Below are positions 60,777 through 64,000 of a stretch of DNA of 64,000 nucleotides, in pieces; the stretch's first letter is position 1; every line of letters starts with the position of its first letter. The DNA is from an uncultured Granulicatella sp. (GTDB taxonomy: Bacteria; Bacillota; Bacilli; Lactobacillales; Aerococcaceae), in NCBI RefSeq assembly GCF_963528195.1, contig NZ_CAURVN010000002.1, forward strand, positions 3,902 through 67,901, in the 5' to 3' direction. Made by a program: the position numbers and the translations under genes. A model generated the notes under the pieces. It was not told the origin of the DNA, did no database searches, and worked only from the letters and a program-made list of their open reading frames with translations.

Positions 60777-62132
60777 TTAATCTACTTTTTTCATTTCTTC
60801 AAACATTTCATCATTAACATAACATCCAAGAGCAGGATTTTCTGATGGGTTAATCACTACATCGAAAGCTTTTGTTACTTGAGATAAAGTCTGAATCATT
60901 CCACTCCAACTTTCATCATAAATTTCTCTCAATCTCTTCCAATCTGTATAGAAGACCATTGCTTCTTTTTCATCTTTTCCTGGTAAAATCGCAACATTTA
61001 ATTTTTCTCCAGATTGTAAATCAATTTGTGCATTTGGATCTGCATTTTCTAATTTGATTGGTGTTAAGAATTTTGCTTTTGGTAATTCTAAGCATAAGAA
61101 TCGATAGTATAATCCGTGCATAATTTTTTGTTCTTCTGTCTGCGGAAATCCTAATTGTCCTAACAACAAGATCCATCTCATAGCATCAGGATTTGTGACA
61201 GGAATATCTTCTTCTGCTACTCCTGTATAATCGGGTGCTGCAATAATTCCTTCTGCAGCAAGAGATGTTTGTTCTGTTACAAGATGGACACCTGTCGCTC
61301 CATTTTGGTAGAAAGTTTCTAAGAAGAAATTCTCAATTCCTTTTCCATCTTCTCCTTTTTGAATACGACGTAATTCAAAAATTTCTGTATCTGCAAATCG
61401 AGACGCTAATCTTTCTTCATACGCTACTGGAGCAATGAAGATCATTGGCGAACTACAAATAAAGCCCCCTTCTTCTCTTTGTTGAGTTTGAGAGAATAAA
61501 TAAGGTTCTTTTGTTTTTTTAGAATACACGGTTACTAATTCATCTGCTTGGAGCAATTTATCTCGCACGGCAATCATTAATTGTTCAATTTTGCCGACAT
61601 TTGCAGTATGTTCTTCTGGTGATTCTTGCGAAGCATTCATATGACAGTATAGTAAAAATACACGTGCAATTTCTGATAAATCCGCTAAGGTTAAGGTCTC
61701 AACATCTCTTTGTGTTAAAACACCTTCTTGACGACCAACAAAGACATTCCCTAATGTATTGACAAATGTTTTATAGATTTCTTCCTTGTTGGCACCTTCT
61801 TCATGTAACACAGTACCTTTTTTAATCCCTAAAGGCATTGCATCTTCTAACCAAAGAGCCACTGGTTCATCTGTTACTTCAAACACTTTTTCTCGCTGAG
61901 CATTTTCCATTGCATAAATCGCAGAAGTTGTAACAGTTCCATTATCATCTCCAAGATTTGTCAACCAAACAAAATCCCCTACTTTTAATGTTCCTTCCAA
62001 ATTCCCTGTTACTACTAAATCTAGAGAATCATCACTAATTTTATAAACATCTTCTACCCCTAGTTTGAATGTTGGTTTGTCTTGAACTGTTGCTTCTGTT
62101 TCTTGTTTTTTAAATAAATCTTTTAATCCCAT
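60777..62132 (-). CDS. hypothetical protein; N-terminal EF-Tu-domain-2-like barrel and a possible SseB-like C-terminal region
   Basis: 451-aa uninterrupted ORF. Contains VEDVYKISDDSLDLVVTGNLEGTLKVGDFVWL. The functional call is tentative. Confidence 0.7.
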   Translation of the reverse strand: MGLKDLFKKQETEATVQDKPTFKLGVEDVYKISDDSLDLVVTGNLEGTLKVGDFVWLTNLGDDNGTVTTSAIYAMENAQREKVFEVTDEPVALWLEDAMPLGIKKGTVLHEEGANKEEIYKTFVNTLGNVFVGRQEGVLTQRDVETLTLADLSEIARVFLLYCHMNASQESPEEHTANVGKIEQLMIAVRDKLLQADELVTVYSKKTKEPYLFSQTQQREEGGFICSSPMIFIAPVAYEERLASRFADTEIFELRRIQKGEDGKGIENFFLETFYQNGATGVHLVTEQTSLAAEGIIAAPDYTGVAEEDIPVTNPDAMRWILLLGQLGFPQTEEQKIMHGLYYRFLCLELPKAKFLTPIKLENADPNAQIDLQSGEKLNVAILPGKDEKEAMVFYTDWKRLREIYDESWSGMIQTLSQVTKAFDVVINPSENPALGCYVNDEMFEEMKKVD

Positions 62133-62145
62133 TTTCTTTCCTCCG

Positions 62146-63006
62146 TTAATTCTTTTCTCCGACTAATATCCATAAATGTACCGTAATAGTTTCTAAAGGA
62201 TGATTTTTACTATAATCTTGATCTTCTTTACTAGCTCCCCAATATAAAGGAGTCATTTGTAATAGGTGTCCATACATTTCTTTTGTAAGTGTCACTTGAT
62301 AAGAAACTTCCTTCATCTTCATCGATGGATATTCTTGTTTAAATCGTTCTACAATATCCTCATTAGAATAGTGTTGTTTTTCTTCATTACTTTTATATAA
62401 TTGTTGTCTTAATTCAATTAAATAATTACTTCCAGGAATAATTTTAATTAATTTTCCTCCTGATGCTAAGACACGGTTGAACTCCTTATAATTCGAAGGA
62501 GTCAACATATTGATTAAAGCTCCACAAGATTCATCCCTAAAAGGTAACTGCGCTAAATCTGCCACAATCCATAAAGCTTTTTGTGAATGATGATGACTAG
62601 CAGCCAAAATGCCTTCCTTAGCAATATCCATTCCTACTAAAGGAATATCTTCTAAAAATGACGATAAATAAGCAAGCGGGCTTCCTTCTCCACAGCCAAT
62701 ATCAACAATTAGTTGATTCTCCTGTTTTGAAATCAGTGACAAAACTTCGTCTAACAAAGGATTGAAGAAACCACTTTGCGCTAATTCATAACGATGCGTA
62801 AATAGCTCAGCATCATAATCCTCATTCGCTTTTTGTTTCATCAAATGAAGAGTGCCTTTTTTATTGATATCAAAGCGATGACGGTTCGTACAAACCAGAC
62901 TATACCCATCTAACGCTTCAATAGCTGCATGACAATAGGGACATGCAAATAAATGTTGATGTTTTTGTATAAAATCTCGACTCCAGTCGATTTTCTTTTG
63001 CATCAT
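62146..63006 (-). CDS. rlmA: 23S rRNA (guanine-N1)-methyltransferase RlmA family
   Basis: Zn-ribbon CPYC....C.NRHRFD followed by the SAM motif VDIGCGEG. The ATG at 63006 follows AGGAG. Confidence 0.85.
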   Translation of the reverse strand: MMQKKIDWSRDFIQKHQHLFACPYCHAAIEALDGYSLVCTNRHRFDINKKGTLHLMKQKANEDYDAELFTHRYELAQSGFFNPLLDEVLSLISKQENQLIVDIGCGEGSPLAYLSSFLEDIPLVGMDIAKEGILAASHHHSQKALWIVADLAQLPFRDESCGALINMLTPSNYKEFNRVLASGGKLIKIIPGSNYLIELRQQLYKSNEEKQHYSNEDIVERFKQEYPSMKMKEVSYQVTLTKEMYGHLLQMTPLYWGASKEDQDYSKNHPLETITVHLWILVGEKN

Positions 63007-63102
63007 GCACACTCCTGCTCCATTTATTCTCAATTGTCAGTATACCATAAAATTGATTTTCTGTTTGATTTTCTTTCTCTATAAAATTAACCGTTTTTTA
63101 TT

Positions 63103-63156
63103 TTGACATTTTTTCCTGCAATGATACAATAGAATAGAATCGTAATTATGCAGATT
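63103..63156 (+). promoter_or_regulatory. promoter TTGACA-16-TGaTACAAT followed by a degenerate Zur-box-like sequence
   Basis: -35 at 63103-63108 and -10 at 63125-63130. AATCGTAATTATGCAGATT (63138-63156) keeps the left half-site TCGTAAT of the TCGTAAT-N-ATTACGA box. The right half matches at only 4/7. Confidence 0.4.
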
Positions 63157-63179
63157 TAATTACATGAATGGAGGAAATC

Positions 63180-64000
63180 ATGATGAGTAGCAAAATTCCA
63201 GTAACCATTGTCAGCGGTTTTTTAGGAGCAGGTAAAACAACGCTCATTAACAAAGTATTAAAAGAAAAACACGGTGAACATATTGCCGTAGTTATTAATG
63301 AATTTGGAGAAATTGGTGTTGATCATCAATTCGTATTAGATGTAGAAGAAGAAATTTATCAAATGGATAATGGCTGCTTATGTTGTACCCTTCGTACAGA
63401 TATTGCAGACATGTTAAAATCTATTTTAATGGTCAAAGAACAAAACGGTATTAAAGTGGACCGTGTATTATTTGAAACAACTGGCTTAGCAGATCCTGCA
63501 CCAATTGCTCAAACATTTATCAATGTACCATTTTTAAATGAACATTTTATTTTAGACGCTGTTTTAACAGTTGTTGATTCAAAAAATTTCTTATATCAAA
63601 CCACTCATCAAACTGAACCAGCAAAACAAGTCGGTTTTGCAGACAAAATCTTTATGTCTAAACATAGTTTAGTAGACGACACTATTTATACAAAAGTGAT
63701 TAACGAAGTTCGTTCTATCAATCCTTTTGCAGAAATTCAAGATTTAGATGCTCGTCCAGTTGAAATGAAAGATATGTTTGGACTTGAATTATTCTATGCT
63801 TCTGAAAAGAAAATTTTAGAAATGCAAGAAAATTCTGAAGAAGAATATTGTGAAGCTTGTGGACACACTCATGCTCATGGGGAACATGATCACCACCATC
63901 ATCACGATGAAGAACACTGCGAAGAATGCGGTCACTCTCATGCGCATGGCGAGCACGATGAATACTGTGAAGAATGTGGACATACTCATGCACATGGGGA
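63180..64000 (+). CDS. COG0523 (CobW/ZigA/YciC-type) metallochaperone GTPase, 3'-truncated by the window edge
   Basis: P-loop GFLGAGKTT and CxCC motif GCLCC. Cys/His-rich tail with repeats of the type CE.CGH.HAHGEHD. Absent from the ORF track because no stop is reached. Confidence 0.9.
   Translation, partial: MMSSKIPVTIVSGFLGAGKTTLINKVLKEKHGEHIAVVINEFGEIGVDHQFVLDVEEEIYQMDNGCLCCTLRTDIADMLKSILMVKEQNGIKVDRVLFETTGLADPAPIAQTFINVPFLNEHFILDAVLTVVDSKNFLYQTTHQTEPAKQVGFADKIFMSKHSLVDDTIYTKVINEVRSINPFAEIQDLDARPVEMKDMFGLELFYASEKKILEMQENSEEEYCEACGHTHAHGEHDHHHHHDEEHCEECGHSHAHGEHDEYCEECGHTHAHG

Noticed and set aside
63718-63993. Minus-strand 91-aa His-rich ORF.
   Set aside because: It is the antisense mirror of the Cys/His-rich tail of the plus-strand COG0523 gene, which has clear P-loop and CxCC motifs in frame from 63180.

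Overview
The window is a low-GC Firmicute chromosome segment. Gene content points to Lactobacillales, probably Enterococcaceae or Carnobacteriaceae (CamS, RNAP delta subunit, YSIRK/LPXTG adhesin). It holds about 60 genes, nearly all on the minus strand. The core content runs as follows: an ABC-2 exporter, ydcF, brnQ, metG, gtrA, ywiB-rpoE, gatCAB, camS, ligA, pcrA. Then come a YtrA-type GntR/ABC operon, a THF-riboswitch-controlled folT plus a 59-aa tautomerase that is absent from the ORF track, and an AraC/GNAT pair. Next are a 1878-aa YSIRK/LPXTG adhesin, an OppA-type lipoprotein with a CodY box, an FNT channel, a DUF4430 protein with an ECF S-component, yidD and an acyl-CoA thioesterase. After those come cdaA-cdaR-glmM, a galactitol-family PTS / RhaD-like aldolase / SDR / KdgT sugar cluster, Pip(YhgE) with TetR, and a MarR-controlled Opu/EgtUV-like transporter. 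The last genes are rlmA and a truncated COG0523 GTPase on the plus strand. Two clearly AT-richer insertions stand out. The first, at the left edge (1-3700), has an XRE regulator, a 924-aa ORF with a TIR-like/DUF4062-like N-terminus and roughly 800 aa of apparent helical repeats, and another gene that runs off the window. This is my best candidate for an undescribed Abi-like defence module. The second (41170-42960) has an AbiEi/AbiEii pair next to what looks like a type I toxin / convergent antisense sRNA locus, wedged between the thioesterase and glmM. I also found a short REP-like element in two copies whose differences are compensatory for a stem-loop. No rRNA, tRNA, CRISPR array, integrase or transposase was seen. 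All family calls come from motif recognition by eye; nothing was searched or computed beyond hand counts.
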